64,000 bases of DNA. It comes from Chitinispirillaceae bacterium. GTDB lineage: Bacteria; Fibrobacterota; Chitinivibrionia; Chitinivibrionales; Chitinispirillaceae. Position numbers and translations under genes: made by a program. The stretch spans positions 14,269 to 78,268 of the forward strand of contig JAFGIN010000044.1 in assembly GCA_016929595.1 (NCBI GenBank), given 5' to 3'. The notes under the pieces were generated by a model that saw only the letters and a list, made by a program, of their open reading frames with translations, did not search any database and had not been told where the DNA came from. This document shows, in pieces, positions 9,585 through 20,228 of the stretch (position 1 is the stretch's first letter; every line of letters starts with the position of its first letter).

Positions 9585-10318
9585 TACTCAAACAGTTTAA
9601 CCTCCCCGTCACACATTGTGGCGTAGGTGTATTTACTGAGCCAGGCACCTGTGTTACAATAGATTCCTTCTGGAAAGATTGTCAATTCAGCAGCATGGGT
9701 GTGGCCGTAAAACACAATGTCGTAGCGGCCGTCCCGAAGCTTTTTTCGGGCACAACTCCGGTACTCCTGAATCTTCTCCGATGATAAGTATCGGGTTCTG
9801 TTATGTTTTTTACTGACATGTGAACAGAGTGTTCCGAACTGGATGCCAATATCGGGATGAATCAGCATTTTATATAATTTTTGATTAAGCGGGTTTCTCA
9901 AGATTTTTTTAAGGATTCTATAACCCACATCAGCCCTGATCAATCCATCACCATGATACATGTAGATCTTCTTACCCTGTATTTCAGTTTGCAGTGTATT
10001 CAAATATACTGAAGCATTCATTTTATTCTTAAAGAACGGTCCCAAAGCAAAATCATGATTTCCAGCGAGATAGTGTATTTTAACGCCGGACTGAGTTAAC
10101 TGACGGAGTTTGAACAGGATATCGAAATAATCTGTCCGTATTACGGTTGAATATTCGATCCAGAAATCAAAAAAATCTCCAAGAATAACCAAAGTGTCCA
10201 TCCGGCCCATCACGGAATCAATAAATTCATAAAAATGACGTTCTCTGTCCTTTCCACCACCAGATACTGGCAATCCGAAATGAGCATCAGAAATAAAAAA
10301 GCAGGTGTCTTTTTTCAT
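9536..10318 (-). CDS. lpxH: UDP-2,3-diacylglucosamine diphosphatase LpxH (calcineurin-like metallophosphoesterase).
   Basis: Colinear LpxH motifs: FISDAHFG, LVILGDFFDFWIE, YLAGNHDF, YMYHGDGL, VFYGHTHAAEL, NTGAW. Confidence 0.8.
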   Translation of the reverse strand: MKKDTCFFISDAHFGLPVSGGGKDRERHFYEFIDSVMGRMDTLVILGDFFDFWIEYSTVIRTDYFDILFKLRQLTQSGVKIHYLAGNHDFALGPFFKNKMNASVYLNTLQTEIQGKKIYMYHGDGLIRADVGYRILKKILRNPLNQKLYKMLIHPDIGIQFGTLCSHVSKKHNRTRYLSSEKIQEYRSCARKKLRDGRYDIVFYGHTHAAELTIFPEGIYCNTGAWLSKYTYATMCDGEVKLFEYQPGTGSVELEPNVLK

Positions 10319-10782
10319 AATTCGTAATTTTTTATACCAAAAGAAACATTAAAAAACAGTTTCATTAATATACTGCAAGCCATTTTTAAATTGTTATTAA
10401 TAATAACACCCCGGATGATAATCGAACGATCCATATACAACGGGAAAAGAGCGCAGACGAGGTTTTCTGGTACCTGAACAGTACGATTTCTTAACTGCAA
10501 TAAATTACTCATTCTGACATATAATATTGCTCTTCTCACTACAAGTTTTAACTTTTATTAATAATTCATACTCTGAATATTTCAATCATTTATCAACCGT
10601 TTCATGATTTGACATTATTAACTTTTATGGTATAATTAAGTTAGTTGGTAATCAGTTTATTAAACTGGTTTTTGGACACATTAAAATGCCTTTTATCAAC
10701 ATCATGCAAGCACCATACCATATGCTGTTAAAGTTTGTTTCAAATACAATCTGTTGTTAACATTTTTTTTCAAGGAGTATAC

Positions 10783-11040
10783 ATGGCACACTATTTCACC
10801 AGTGGTCAGGTGGCCAGGCAATTACGCGTTTCGATTTCAACGCTTAAACGATGGCTTGAAGGATCAGAAGTCAAAATTCCTGATGTCCGCAACGAAAATG
10901 GCTGGAGACTGTTTTCAGTTGAAGATCTTGAAACCCTGAAAGATTTTAAACGAAACCTTCGAAAAAACGGTAAGCGTTTCAACGATACAACATTACTTCC
11001 AGTATGTTTTGACCACTCAGAAGAAATAGTAAATGGATAG
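10783..11040 (+). CDS. Small MerR-superfamily HTH DNA-binding protein. It is the likely regulator at the head of the co-directional supercluster.
   Basis: The ATG at 10783 is preceded by AAGGAG at 10772-10777. The HTH is FTSGQVARQLRVSISTLKRWLEG, followed by the MerR-like stretch WRLFSVEDLETLKDF. Confidence 0.6.
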   Translation: MAHYFTSGQVARQLRVSISTLKRWLEGSEVKIPDVRNENGWRLFSVEDLETLKDFKRNLRKNGKRFNDTTLLPVCFDHSEEIVNG

Positions 11041-12142
11041 ACAGATGATCATTCCCACTTTTAATGTACCGACAATATTTATCCTCATTACTGTTCTGTG
11101 TTTCATTCTAACTTCGCCTCAGGCTCAAAGTATAAAACGGGGCCGGAATGAGGGCACCAGTAATATTGCAGCTTCCAACGTAACAGGAAGTGGAAATATC
11201 AGCCTTAAAGCGAACATTAAAAGCCGCTATGACGGCAAAGGTTTCGGTAGTGACCCGGATGGTTCATTGACCGTGGGGATCGGAGAGCTTCTTCAATTCA
11301 GCGGTGCTGTTTCTCTTTCAAATTTCAAATCACTGGGATCCGCTCGTGCTGATGCACAAATTACTCTTCCCGGAAATAATTCCCTACGATTTTTTGGTAT
11401 GGCACTTCAGGGATCATTGTTCCTCTCCACTGAAATTGACACCGTAAGCTCTTCAGCAGCATCAGGCAAGCCGGAGTATCATTCGTATATACGTCCATCA
11501 ATGGTTTTCGATCTTGACTGGATCTCACATTTTAAAAAGTTTCCATTAAAGACATATCTCTGGTTGGGTTCTTATGATAATGCAGATCTGCTTTTTAAAT
11601 ATTCTCAATGTGCTGTTCGGATGGGTTTTGAATGGCGAAATATTAAAAATAGTTATTTTACAGATATTGGCCTTGGATTCTACAAGGAGAAAAAAACACG
11701 TTCAAACCCGGGTGATAAAAATTTTGCTCAGCAAACATTCTGGATCGAGCCGGGGGCACGATATCGTTTATTCAACAGGATTAGCCTGCTTGGCGCATTA
11801 AGAGTACTTGTACTTCAAAAAACAAAACCGGTAAACGGTCTTATTCCAAATTACATCAGACTTACAATGGGTATTGAAATACCTCTAATATACAAAGAAA
11901 CAAATACGGAAGCTATCCGCACAATGATATTCATCGAAAATCAGAAAATTAAACATCTGGACATTATAAGTAGATCTATCAACGAGCAGAAAAAGATGAA
12001 AACTGATTTCGAAATAAACTTCGATAATCTCGAAAATGATATAAGTCAGGAAACAGATGAGCAGGAATCATTAAAGCGACGTGAAGAGATAAAGGCAAAA
12101 ATGGATGAAATTGAGCATATACTGGAGACTCTTGATGAATAA
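11033..12142 (+). CDS. Hypothetical secreted beta-rich protein with an acidic coiled-coil C-terminal tail.
   Basis: The N-terminal signal or TM segment, an alternating beta-strand pattern, and a charged C-terminus (ESLKRREEIKAKMDEIEHILETLDE). It overlaps the next gene. Confidence 0.5.
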   Translation: MDRQMIIPTFNVPTIFILITVLCFILTSPQAQSIKRGRNEGTSNIAASNVTGSGNISLKANIKSRYDGKGFGSDPDGSLTVGIGELLQFSGAVSLSNFKSLGSARADAQITLPGNNSLRFFGMALQGSLFLSTEIDTVSSSAASGKPEYHSYIRPSMVFDLDWISHFKKFPLKTYLWLGSYDNADLLFKYSQCAVRMGFEWRNIKNSYFTDIGLGFYKEKKTRSNPGDKNFAQQTFWIEPGARYRLFNRISLLGALRVLVLQKTKPVNGLIPNYIRLTMGIEIPLIYKETNTEAIRTMIFIENQKIKHLDIISRSINEQKKMKTDFEINFDNLENDISQETDEQESLKRREEIKAKMDEIEHILETLDE

Positions 12143-13307
12143 TATAATTACTTTAGTTGTACTTATTTCATTATCATCGTTCTGCGGCGAAAACCAGAAA
12201 CGTAACAGAGGTGAGCCGTTTTATAATTGCCTTAATTCCAACACATCAGGACATGGAAATATCTGGATATCATTGAGTGCTACAGGACATGTCTGGGATG
12301 ACAGCCCGGTTACTCTTGATTCCAATTCTGTTAAAGGTAAATGGATTTCAAATGTAAGAGCATTCCCGGAGGTCAGAGCCCATGCCGGTCTTTTTGATAT
12401 CGCATCATTGTCTCTGGAATCAAGAATTCTAGGAAATTTCTGGAATCCAGGCTGGATTTCTATGAACTGTAAGCTTACTACTCCCAACAATAAAAAGTTA
12501 AGAATTCATGGATGGGCGTTTGACATTAAATACAAATATCAGTTTATTGAAAATGGTCCAACACTTGGAGGATATACAGGTTTCATGCCGGAAGGTTTTG
12601 TTTCAAAAGGACACACATTAGAAAGCAGACTTATTTATGAACTAGATCTTCTTCCGTTAACAAGTAACCTGCCACTTCGTTTTATCGTCAATAGCGGTTT
12701 ACGTATCCCCTTGAGACAGGATCGTCGGGATTTCAAACAGTTTCTAACAGATATTGCAGTTGTTTACAGCGGGTACGGATTTGACTTCTATGCAGCTTAT
12801 TCCCTTGAAGCGTTCAACAATCTGACGAAGCCTGCTGTATTGAAAATAGATACATACAAAAAGATAGCAGTTTTTTTCCCGGAAAATCCAATGTACCTGA
12901 CCTTTGGAGGAAAGTTACGATACGATAATGGATTGGTTCTTGCAGTAGCAACACCAATTCTTTTAAGCACAAATCGTGAATCAAAAATGACTGTTAAAGA
13001 CCATTCTGATTTACACCGTCATCGTAGTGACCTTTTTCCGCAAGAGGTCAATCTGGGTATTAAAGATCCGTTTGATCCATGGTTTATTAAGTGGAAAATT
13101 GTGGGATCGATATCTTTTCCAATCAGGTATAGTATGACCTCGTCTGAACTTATGCGCAATTTTCTGCTTTTAAAAAACAGAAAACAGGACAAAAAAATTG
13201 ACATTGATAAAAGATTATTTAAAACAGTTCAGGAAAATGATTCTATGGAAATTGACGACAAAGCACGACTTGAAAATATCCTGAAAAGAAAATCAGAGAT
13301 CAGGTAA
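12105..13307 (+). CDS. Hypothetical secreted beta-rich protein with a charged C-terminal tail. It may be a distant paralog of the previous gene.
   Basis: The signal or TM segment (IITLVVLISLSSFCG), beta-rich core, and a C-terminal Lys/Asp-rich tail. Confidence 0.5.
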   Translation: MKLSIYWRLLMNNIITLVVLISLSSFCGENQKRNRGEPFYNCLNSNTSGHGNIWISLSATGHVWDDSPVTLDSNSVKGKWISNVRAFPEVRAHAGLFDIASLSLESRILGNFWNPGWISMNCKLTTPNNKKLRIHGWAFDIKYKYQFIENGPTLGGYTGFMPEGFVSKGHTLESRLIYELDLLPLTSNLPLRFIVNSGLRIPLRQDRRDFKQFLTDIAVVYSGYGFDFYAAYSLEAFNNLTKPAVLKIDTYKKIAVFFPENPMYLTFGGKLRYDNGLVLAVATPILLSTNRESKMTVKDHSDLHRHRSDLFPQEVNLGIKDPFDPWFIKWKIVGSISFPIRYSMTSSELMRNFLLLKNRKQDKKIDIDKRLFKTVQENDSMEIDDKARLENILKRKSEIR

Positions 13308-13329
13308 ACTAACTATTTTTTTAATAATT

Positions 13330-16300
13330 ATGAAAAAGAGTTATCTGAATACAACGTTTTTATGCATAGGTATGCTGCTTGCAATTGCAGGTAATTCTGT
13401 TTCATCTGTTACTACGAACGATTCCATGAGCTTGAAAAAAAGAGAACAGCTTGTTTTCAGACTTGGCTCTGAATGGTACAAAATTGGATTATTGAAAAGA
13501 GATCTGACCTTTATTTCGAACATTCTGGAAGATCTCAGGAATCTTGAGCTGTTTCCTCTTTCATGTACCGGACTTGATGAAAAGGAGCTTATAAATTTTG
13601 ACAAACAGATTGAAAAAGTAGAAATTGTCAATAGCATATTCAACAAAGAGATCAATGGTTTGAAGCAACCTCTTTCGGATGCGTTATCTATAACCAGGGA
13701 AATGGTAACCGGTGAACCTGTTGAAAGTATGTTTGAGGTTCTGGAAGATGGAGATCTGAAACGAATCGATAATATGATCAGAATTAAACGTGGTATTGAT
13801 AAAAACTTCAAATCTATCGATACGCTGCTATCTTTCCTTTTTCAGAATGCAGGGTTAAGAGATTCCTCAAAAACGACCGCCACTGCATTTGATAATGAGT
13901 TTTTTGAGATTTTAAAATCCAACCTTGGACAGACAGCAAATGACTATTTCGCTAAACTTAATACTCTCAAGATCCACTATTTAAGTAAAGCTGATTCCAC
14001 ACAAACCATGGAAATGTTCAAAATAGAGCGACACCACCTGACAGAAACAATAAAAAAGAAAAGTTACGAAGCCGCCCTTCGCAATGCCGAAGAACTAATA
14101 GTGCGATACGAAAACAGTATTGACATCGATGAGATCCGATTACTAGTTGCACAACTGCATACCGTTAAAGAAGATTATCTCAAAGTTCTTGAAGATATTT
14201 CAAAAATATCTGAAACGAAGCTTCATTCTCAGAAAATTACACATTACCGGTTCCAGGCCTTGTATGCGCTTGGAAGATACAACGATATAATCGATCTATC
14301 TGCTGAAACAGATTTTTCAACCATCTCTGAATCCAGTAGAAATCTTCTTATCTGGATAACATTGGAAAGCGTTACAGCTCTACAAATGCTTGACTTTTCT
14401 CCGTCAACATTAATAACAGGACTAGTCAGGAACCAGCCCTATTCATTACATGTCATGCACGCTTTATCAAAATTTTTTCTCGCAAAAAAAGACACATCGA
14501 CTGCGATGTCTGTTCTTCTTAATACTCATACATATCAGGCAATAACATATGAAGATGAACGTGCCCGTGAGAGAATTGATCTTTCAATCGCATGGATAAA
14601 TTATCAGAACAAAAAATATGATGATGCACTTGCTCAGTTCTATCAACTTCTAAAAAAAGAGTCACTATACGAAGATGCTCTTACCGGTATTTTATGGTGT
14701 TACATCAAAACAAACCAGAATGAAAAAGCAGATGCAGCTTTAAAAAAGCTCATTAATCAATCCCCACAATCAGCCCTCGCTGCTGAAGGTATCCTCATTC
14801 TTGCAGGGCGTTATCTTGACAAAGCCATATCGTCCTGGAAAAAATCAGTATATTTGTCCAACGAAGAATCCCGTCTTGAAAATATGTTCATGAGGCTTGA
14901 ACAAAAATTCAGTAATGACTCGCTCAATGAGCAATATCAGACTTACATCATAGCACGTGAAGAATTGAAAACTCTTAAGCAAAGGATTAAACAGGAACCA
15001 CGGGCATCTTATGAACAGATCTTTTCTTATTATGAACAGATCGAAAAGGTATGTAATCTGATAATACACCATTATAAGAGTGGAACTTTCCAGGAAACAT
15101 CATTTTCCAGAGAACGGGAGAAAATTCTTTTCTACCTTGACTCCATTCTTATTAAAATCAATAGTGATGAAAGTTTTTCTTTTTCTAAAAAAGAACTTTC
15201 CAGATCTTTGAAAAACCGTGCATCAATCAAAGCTGTGGTAGACAGGGCATTACTATTTTCAGCAGTTTCATCTATTGACAAATACAGATGGGAAAAAGAG
15301 TATTATGATTACAAAAAAACGGAACTGAGTAAAAAAATTCAGCAGCTCAGTTCAACTGTATCCCGCAGTCATGATTCTGTCCAGAGTGTAGAGTTAATGA
15401 AAGATTCACTTAACCGGAATATGAATACGATACTGATCGATGAGGAAAAAATCCATAACTATTATTACACATATCTATCTGAAAAATTAAAAGTCCTGAT
15501 CAATGCAAATATCGATTTTAATGAAAAAGCATATTTTCTATACCATCTTGGAGAGCTTGCTTATTCGAGGGAAAACCAGACTTTTTCAAAAGCGTATGAA
15601 GCGTATGAAGCTACATACTCTGATTACACCGATTCGTTGAAAAATTTCCGGAACGGATCCCTTCTTGCAATGCCAGTTGAACCTGCTGCTCCATCACTGA
15701 ATCATGACAGCAGCATCTCATATTTCACATCAGTCATTACTTTGCCGCAGCCGACCGAATATCTTCACGCAGCACAATACAGTCTTGCCTGGTGCTATAA
15801 TGATCTCGGGTTAATCGATAGCGCATTAAATCGATTTCACGCTGTCGCATTAGATTACCCATCCAGTCCGCATGCTCCGCAATCCTGGATGTACTGCGGA
15901 GAATATTTCTTTGATAAAGCAAAACTGGACACTGCTATTTCCTGTTATCATGCTGTTATGAGATATCCTGAAAGTAAATGGTTTGATGAAGCATTATACA
16001 AACAGGCCTGGGCACAATATCGACTTTCCAACCCGGAAAAAGCAATCAGCTCATTTCTTGCTCTTGTTGATCTTGGTGATGGAAACATGTCCGGAAAATC
16101 ATTGCTTGAAAAAGAATCAATGGATTACATCGCAATTAGTTTCAGTGAAACAGACCCAACAGGCTCTAAAGGTCTTGACCGGGCTGTAGCCTTTGCCAAT
16201 CGTATCAATGACAATTCCAAAAGCTGCAGAATTCTTCAGCGTCTGGCATCAGTATACAACGACCAGGGCAGATATGACATGTCCCGCAAAACACTTGAAA

Positions 16301-16809
16301 CAATATTGAAAATGAACCCTGAGTATTCAGGTAATCCTCAGGTTGATTACAGTTTAATTACGTTGACGGAACGAGACGAATCACCACTTGAGGTGAATCA
16401 GAAAAAATTTGAATTCTATAAAAAATATACTCTGCATTCGAAGTGGACTTCCAGCCAGAAAGACTCTGCCTTCAGAGCCAGAACCGACAGTCTGGCAGAA
16501 CGAATGCTTTATAGTTGTGCTATCGGATTTCATCAACTCGCTCTGCAGAAAAGTGATACAGAACACTACAAGGACGCCTTAAATGCATATAAGGAATATA
16601 TCCGTACATACCCCGGTAAATCATCAGCAAACGAATGTCATTACAATCTGGCCGAAATACAATTTTCAATAGGAAATTACAAGGAAGCGGCTGAGGAATA
16701 TATAGCGGTGTCAAAACGATATCCAGAAAGTAAGTACAAGGAAACAGCCGCCTGGAATGCGATTGTCGCATCCCAGAATTACCTGAAACAGGAAAGCAGC
16801 ACCAAATGA
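13330..16809 (+). CDS. Large (1159 aa) secreted TPR/YbgF-like repeat protein.
   Basis: Signal peptide, then many TPR-like helical repeats (for example YPESKWFDEALYKQAWAQYRLSNPEKAISSF and YPGKSSANECHYNLAEIQFSIGNYKEAAEEY). Confidence 0.7.
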   Translation: MKKSYLNTTFLCIGMLLAIAGNSVSSVTTNDSMSLKKREQLVFRLGSEWYKIGLLKRDLTFISNILEDLRNLELFPLSCTGLDEKELINFDKQIEKVEIVNSIFNKEINGLKQPLSDALSITREMVTGEPVESMFEVLEDGDLKRIDNMIRIKRGIDKNFKSIDTLLSFLFQNAGLRDSSKTTATAFDNEFFEILKSNLGQTANDYFAKLNTLKIHYLSKADSTQTMEMFKIERHHLTETIKKKSYEAALRNAEELIVRYENSIDIDEIRLLVAQLHTVKEDYLKVLEDISKISETKLHSQKITHYRFQALYALGRYNDIIDLSAETDFSTISESSRNLLIWITLESVTALQMLDFSPSTLITGLVRNQPYSLHVMHALSKFFLAKKDTSTAMSVLLNTHTYQAITYEDERARERIDLSIAWINYQNKKYDDALAQFYQLLKKESLYEDALTGILWCYIKTNQNEKADAALKKLINQSPQSALAAEGILILAGRYLDKAISSWKKSVYLSNEESRLENMFMRLEQKFSNDSLNEQYQTYIIAREELKTLKQRIKQEPRASYEQIFSYYEQIEKVCNLIIHHYKSGTFQETSFSREREKILFYLDSILIKINSDESFSFSKKELSRSLKNRASIKAVVDRALLFSAVSSIDKYRWEKEYYDYKKTELSKKIQQLSSTVSRSHDSVQSVELMKDSLNRNMNTILIDEEKIHNYYYTYLSEKLKVLINANIDFNEKAYFLYHLGELAYSRENQTFSKAYEAYEATYSDYTDSLKNFRNGSLLAMPVEPAAPSLNHDSSISYFTSVITLPQPTEYLHAAQYSLAWCYNDLGLIDSALNRFHAVALDYPSSPHAPQSWMYCGEYFFDKAKLDTAISCYHAVMRYPESKWFDEALYKQAWAQYRLSNPEKAISSFLALVDLGDGNMSGKSLLEKESMDYIAISFSETDPTGSKGLDRAVAFANRINDNSKSCRILQRLASVYNDQGRYDMSRKTLETILKMNPEYSGNPQVDYSLITLTERDESPLEVNQKKFEFYKKYTLHSKWTSSQKDSAFRARTDSLAERMLYSCAIGFHQLALQKSDTEHYKDALNAYKEYIRTYPGKSSANECHYNLAEIQFSIGNYKEAAEEYIAVSKRYPESKYKETAAWNAIVASQNYLKQESSTK

Positions 16810-19781
16810 TTATGTATCGTAAACCCATTAAACTGTTTACGAAACATCTCTTTTGTATCGTAGTTTCAACGGTATTCTTTTTTCAGGGTTGTTCATTTAT
16901 AAATTCGTTACACAAACCACAGATCGCTTCGGTTCAACCATCCGAAAAACAAATCAGTGCTGATACAGCTATTCATGACAAAAAATCTCTACAGGATACT
17001 ATTGAAGTTGATTCTGCAGAGAATCATTTTTCACCAGCCGCAAAGCTAGTTATCTCTGCCTGTGAAAACTATCTTGATGTAAATAGCGAGAGTCCAAAAA
17101 TCGCAGAAGTACTGACAATAATGGCATCACTTTACTATAATGCCCGTTTTTTTCCTAAGAGCAGGGATATTTATCAGAAAATTATCGAGCTGAATCCGCA
17201 CTCAGCACAGGCGATGGACGCGATGAGAATGATCGCTCAATCATTTTACGAAGAGAAGCAATTCACCGAAGCACAGATGTGGTACCGTAAGATCAGCGAA
17301 ATTGCACCTGACGGCATCAGTAAACAGGAAGCGCTCGCAAGAATCGCAGAATCAATTTTCAAATTCGCAGAGATGCATGAAGCAGAAAACAGATATAAGG
17401 AAGCTGCAGAACAGTATGAACGTGTAGCGCTTGAATTTCCTGATTCCCGTATTGCAGATGTGGCTCTGTTCAATGCAGGACTTGCTTACGAAAAACAAAC
17501 AGAATGGACCCACGCAATACTTTCTTTCCAAAGAATCATACAGAGATACCCGTCATCAAAACTGATAGCAAAAACTCAATTCAGAACCGCACGCGCGCAG
17601 GAAAAACTCCTCCAATGGGAAGTTGCTGCCCAGACCTATCTTCGTGTTGTCGCAGGTTTTCCTGAAAATGAGCTCGCACCGGCTGCGATGTATAATGCCG
17701 GATTCTGCTTTGAAAATGGGGAAAAGTTTTCTGAAGCTGCTGCAACATTTGAAAAGATGGCCTCCCTGTTTCCTGACTCTGAAGATGCTGCAGATGTTCT
17801 TTTCAGAGCCGGTGAGATTTACGGCCGTATCAAAGACTGGGAAAGCGTCAGCCGGGTTAATAAACTTTTCACTCAACGGTTTGGCAATGATCAGGACAGG
17901 ATTATTCAGGCCCAGTGCATGATTGGTATTGCACTGTACATGCAAAACAAAACAGATGAAGCATTAAGTCAACTCGGGAAAGCGCTCTCGACCTATTCAT
18001 CATTACAGGAACCAAGTACAATGAACTCCTATTACGCAGCGAAGACCACATTTACTATAGGAGAAATATATCACGACCTGATGAAAAAAGTTACTCTTTC
18101 CGAAAACCGCTCTTCATACAAAAAATCTCTTAAACAAAAATCATCTTTACTTGACTTTGCAGTAAAGGCTTATGTCAAAACGCTGCAATTTAAAATACTT
18201 GAATGGACCACCAGAACAGTCTGTCAACTTGGTCAGTTGCATGAGGACTTCGCGACCGGAATTTTTATGCAGGAGCGAGCGCAACACCTTTCTCTTGAAG
18301 ATAGAATTTCACTTGAGCTGGGCATTGCTAACGCCGTCGAACAATACCTGGTTGAAAAATCACTTCATTATCACGAGCAAAATGTCAAACTATCGATTAA
18401 AGAAAAAATTGAAGACAAATATGTACTTCAATCCCGGCGTAAACTTACGTATTTGCCCTATTTTGCGGCAGAGAATTATCTCGCACTTGTAGAGATAATT
18501 AAAAACGTAAATAAAAGTGATAAGCAGGAAGGGTTTGCTCTGATCGCAAAAAGACTCCAGATGTACCAGAAAATTGCTCCATTTCAGGAAAAAGCTATTG
18601 ATCTTTTTCTCAAGTCCCTGGAGATGGGCTCTACCTATGCAGAACAGGATGAGTATTATAAAAAATCAACAAAGATGGTTACCGGTATAGCTTTCACTGT
18701 AGGAGAAACCTATTATGACATAGTATCAATCGCCAGAGATGCACCAGTTCCGTCAACATTTAATCAGTATGAACGATTTGTTTACAAAACAAAACTGATC
18801 AAACAGGTAGAAGATTACGAGAGTCAGGCATTAACAAACTACCTCAAAGCGCTTAAGATTTCAGAAACGTATTCTATTGGAGACGACAACATTAAAATCG
18901 CGCGTGAACGGATCGCTGAACTGCTCTTTAAACGGGCCCGTTGTTATGATCTTCTCTGTCTTTCTGCTTTTAATGCTCCTCCCTATCCACCCGGTATCAA
19001 TGCCGCTGAACAGGAGGAATACAAGTTCCGATTTGAAGAGATCGGGTTAAAATTCCAGGAGCAGGCGTTTGATATTTACCGTGAAGTTCTGGCATATGAG
19101 CAAAAGCATTACGCATCAGGAAAATATGTCACCGATGCGTATGTAAGGCTGTTTCAAAACTTCCCCGATGAAATCGGTGTCATTACTGATGAACTTGTCA
19201 GTACAGCTATAAGTTCCGGCAATCAGTGGAAATGTACATCGGATTCTGTTGCATCCTGGGCTGATTTTGAATGCAATGACTCTGCATGGATGCAGGCACA
19301 TTTCACCTCTGAGATAATGCTTGATACCAGCAATACCTTTTCTGGCTCTGTTCCATCAACCATGTGGTGGGGTGATGGTGATCCCGGTCAGACCTCACAT
19401 TACCACCCGGCAGAAAAACTATTTTTCAGAAGAACGTTCACTGTTCCGGCAATGCCACATGAATCGAAACTGATTTTCGCCGGATGTGGAATTTACACAA
19501 TCTACCTTAACGGTAACCTCATTGGATCTGACAGTTCTAAAACAACGCCGATACCTGTCAAAAATTATGATCTTATGGGCAAAGTCCGAAGCGGAAAAAA
19601 CATTATTGCAATAAAAATCAGCTCATCAGGAGAACAATATGGTATCAAACCTTTGATTTTGTACACCACCGGCGCAAAAACATCGTATCCTAAACCACCG
19701 GGATACGACAAACCGCTCTCACTGGAGGAAGTACGTTTTGACAAATATGTTTTTCCAAAAATCGCTAACTTTGAGTTTTAG
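16806..19781 (+). CDS. Large (991 aa) TPR/YbgF-like repeat protein with a C-terminal galactose-binding-like (GH2 N-terminal sugar-binding jelly-roll-like) domain.
   Basis: The ATGA start/stop overlap with the upstream TPR gene. TPR repeats such as YPSSKLIAKTQFRTARAQEKLLQWEVAAQTY. A C-terminal stretch (LFFRRTFTVPA...IYTIYLNGNLIGS) resembles the GH2 sugar-binding domain (WYRRTF...VWVNG..VG). Confidence 0.65.
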   Translation: MIMYRKPIKLFTKHLFCIVVSTVFFFQGCSFINSLHKPQIASVQPSEKQISADTAIHDKKSLQDTIEVDSAENHFSPAAKLVISACENYLDVNSESPKIAEVLTIMASLYYNARFFPKSRDIYQKIIELNPHSAQAMDAMRMIAQSFYEEKQFTEAQMWYRKISEIAPDGISKQEALARIAESIFKFAEMHEAENRYKEAAEQYERVALEFPDSRIADVALFNAGLAYEKQTEWTHAILSFQRIIQRYPSSKLIAKTQFRTARAQEKLLQWEVAAQTYLRVVAGFPENELAPAAMYNAGFCFENGEKFSEAAATFEKMASLFPDSEDAADVLFRAGEIYGRIKDWESVSRVNKLFTQRFGNDQDRIIQAQCMIGIALYMQNKTDEALSQLGKALSTYSSLQEPSTMNSYYAAKTTFTIGEIYHDLMKKVTLSENRSSYKKSLKQKSSLLDFAVKAYVKTLQFKILEWTTRTVCQLGQLHEDFATGIFMQERAQHLSLEDRISLELGIANAVEQYLVEKSLHYHEQNVKLSIKEKIEDKYVLQSRRKLTYLPYFAAENYLALVEIIKNVNKSDKQEGFALIAKRLQMYQKIAPFQEKAIDLFLKSLEMGSTYAEQDEYYKKSTKMVTGIAFTVGETYYDIVSIARDAPVPSTFNQYERFVYKTKLIKQVEDYESQALTNYLKALKISETYSIGDDNIKIARERIAELLFKRARCYDLLCLSAFNAPPYPPGINAAEQEEYKFRFEEIGLKFQEQAFDIYREVLAYEQKHYASGKYVTDAYVRLFQNFPDEIGVITDELVSTAISSGNQWKCTSDSVASWADFECNDSAWMQAHFTSEIMLDTSNTFSGSVPSTMWWGDGDPGQTSHYHPAEKLFFRRTFTVPAMPHESKLIFAGCGIYTIYLNGNLIGSDSSKTTPIPVKNYDLMGKVRSGKNIIAIKISSSGEQYGIKPLILYTTGAKTSYPKPPGYDKPLSLEEVRFDKYVFPKIANFEF

Positions 19782-19795
19782 TAAAAGGAGCTGTT

Positions 19796-20113
19796 ATGAG
19801 CATCCTATTCAATAAAGGGAACATAAGGTTCTACTGCACTGTTATTATTACCATTGTCTTATGCTTCCCGGAAACAGTTTATAGCCAGGACACAGCATCA
19901 TCAGAACAGGATGAAAAAAACCAGATATATAAAATTGAAAAACCGGGAACAATTACTTTTACCGTTGGAGTTAAAATTAAAGGAAAAGTAGAAAAACCGC
20001 AGGTAATGATATTTCTTCCAAAAGAAAAATCTATCTACAAAGAACATGAGCTCAATCGATCATTTTCCAGTGAGCTTTCGCAACCACTGGATTTTACGCC
20101 ACTTATTGAGTAA
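19796..20113 (+). CDS. Small hypothetical secreted protein.
   Basis: An AAAGGAG Shine-Dalgarno site 7 nt upstream, and a hydrophobic N-terminus. Confidence 0.45.
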   Translation: MSILFNKGNIRFYCTVIITIVLCFPETVYSQDTASSEQDEKNQIYKIEKPGTITFTVGVKIKGKVEKPQVMIFLPKEKSIYKEHELNRSFSSELSQPLDFTPLIE

Positions 20114-20228
20114 CCTTAGCCTTGACTGGATTGCAGAACGAATGATACACTCTAATATACTATTATATCAGATAAAAAAACCGGCATTCTTCTGTAATTA
20201 GTCAATACTTACCGCACCGTTAGCAGGA

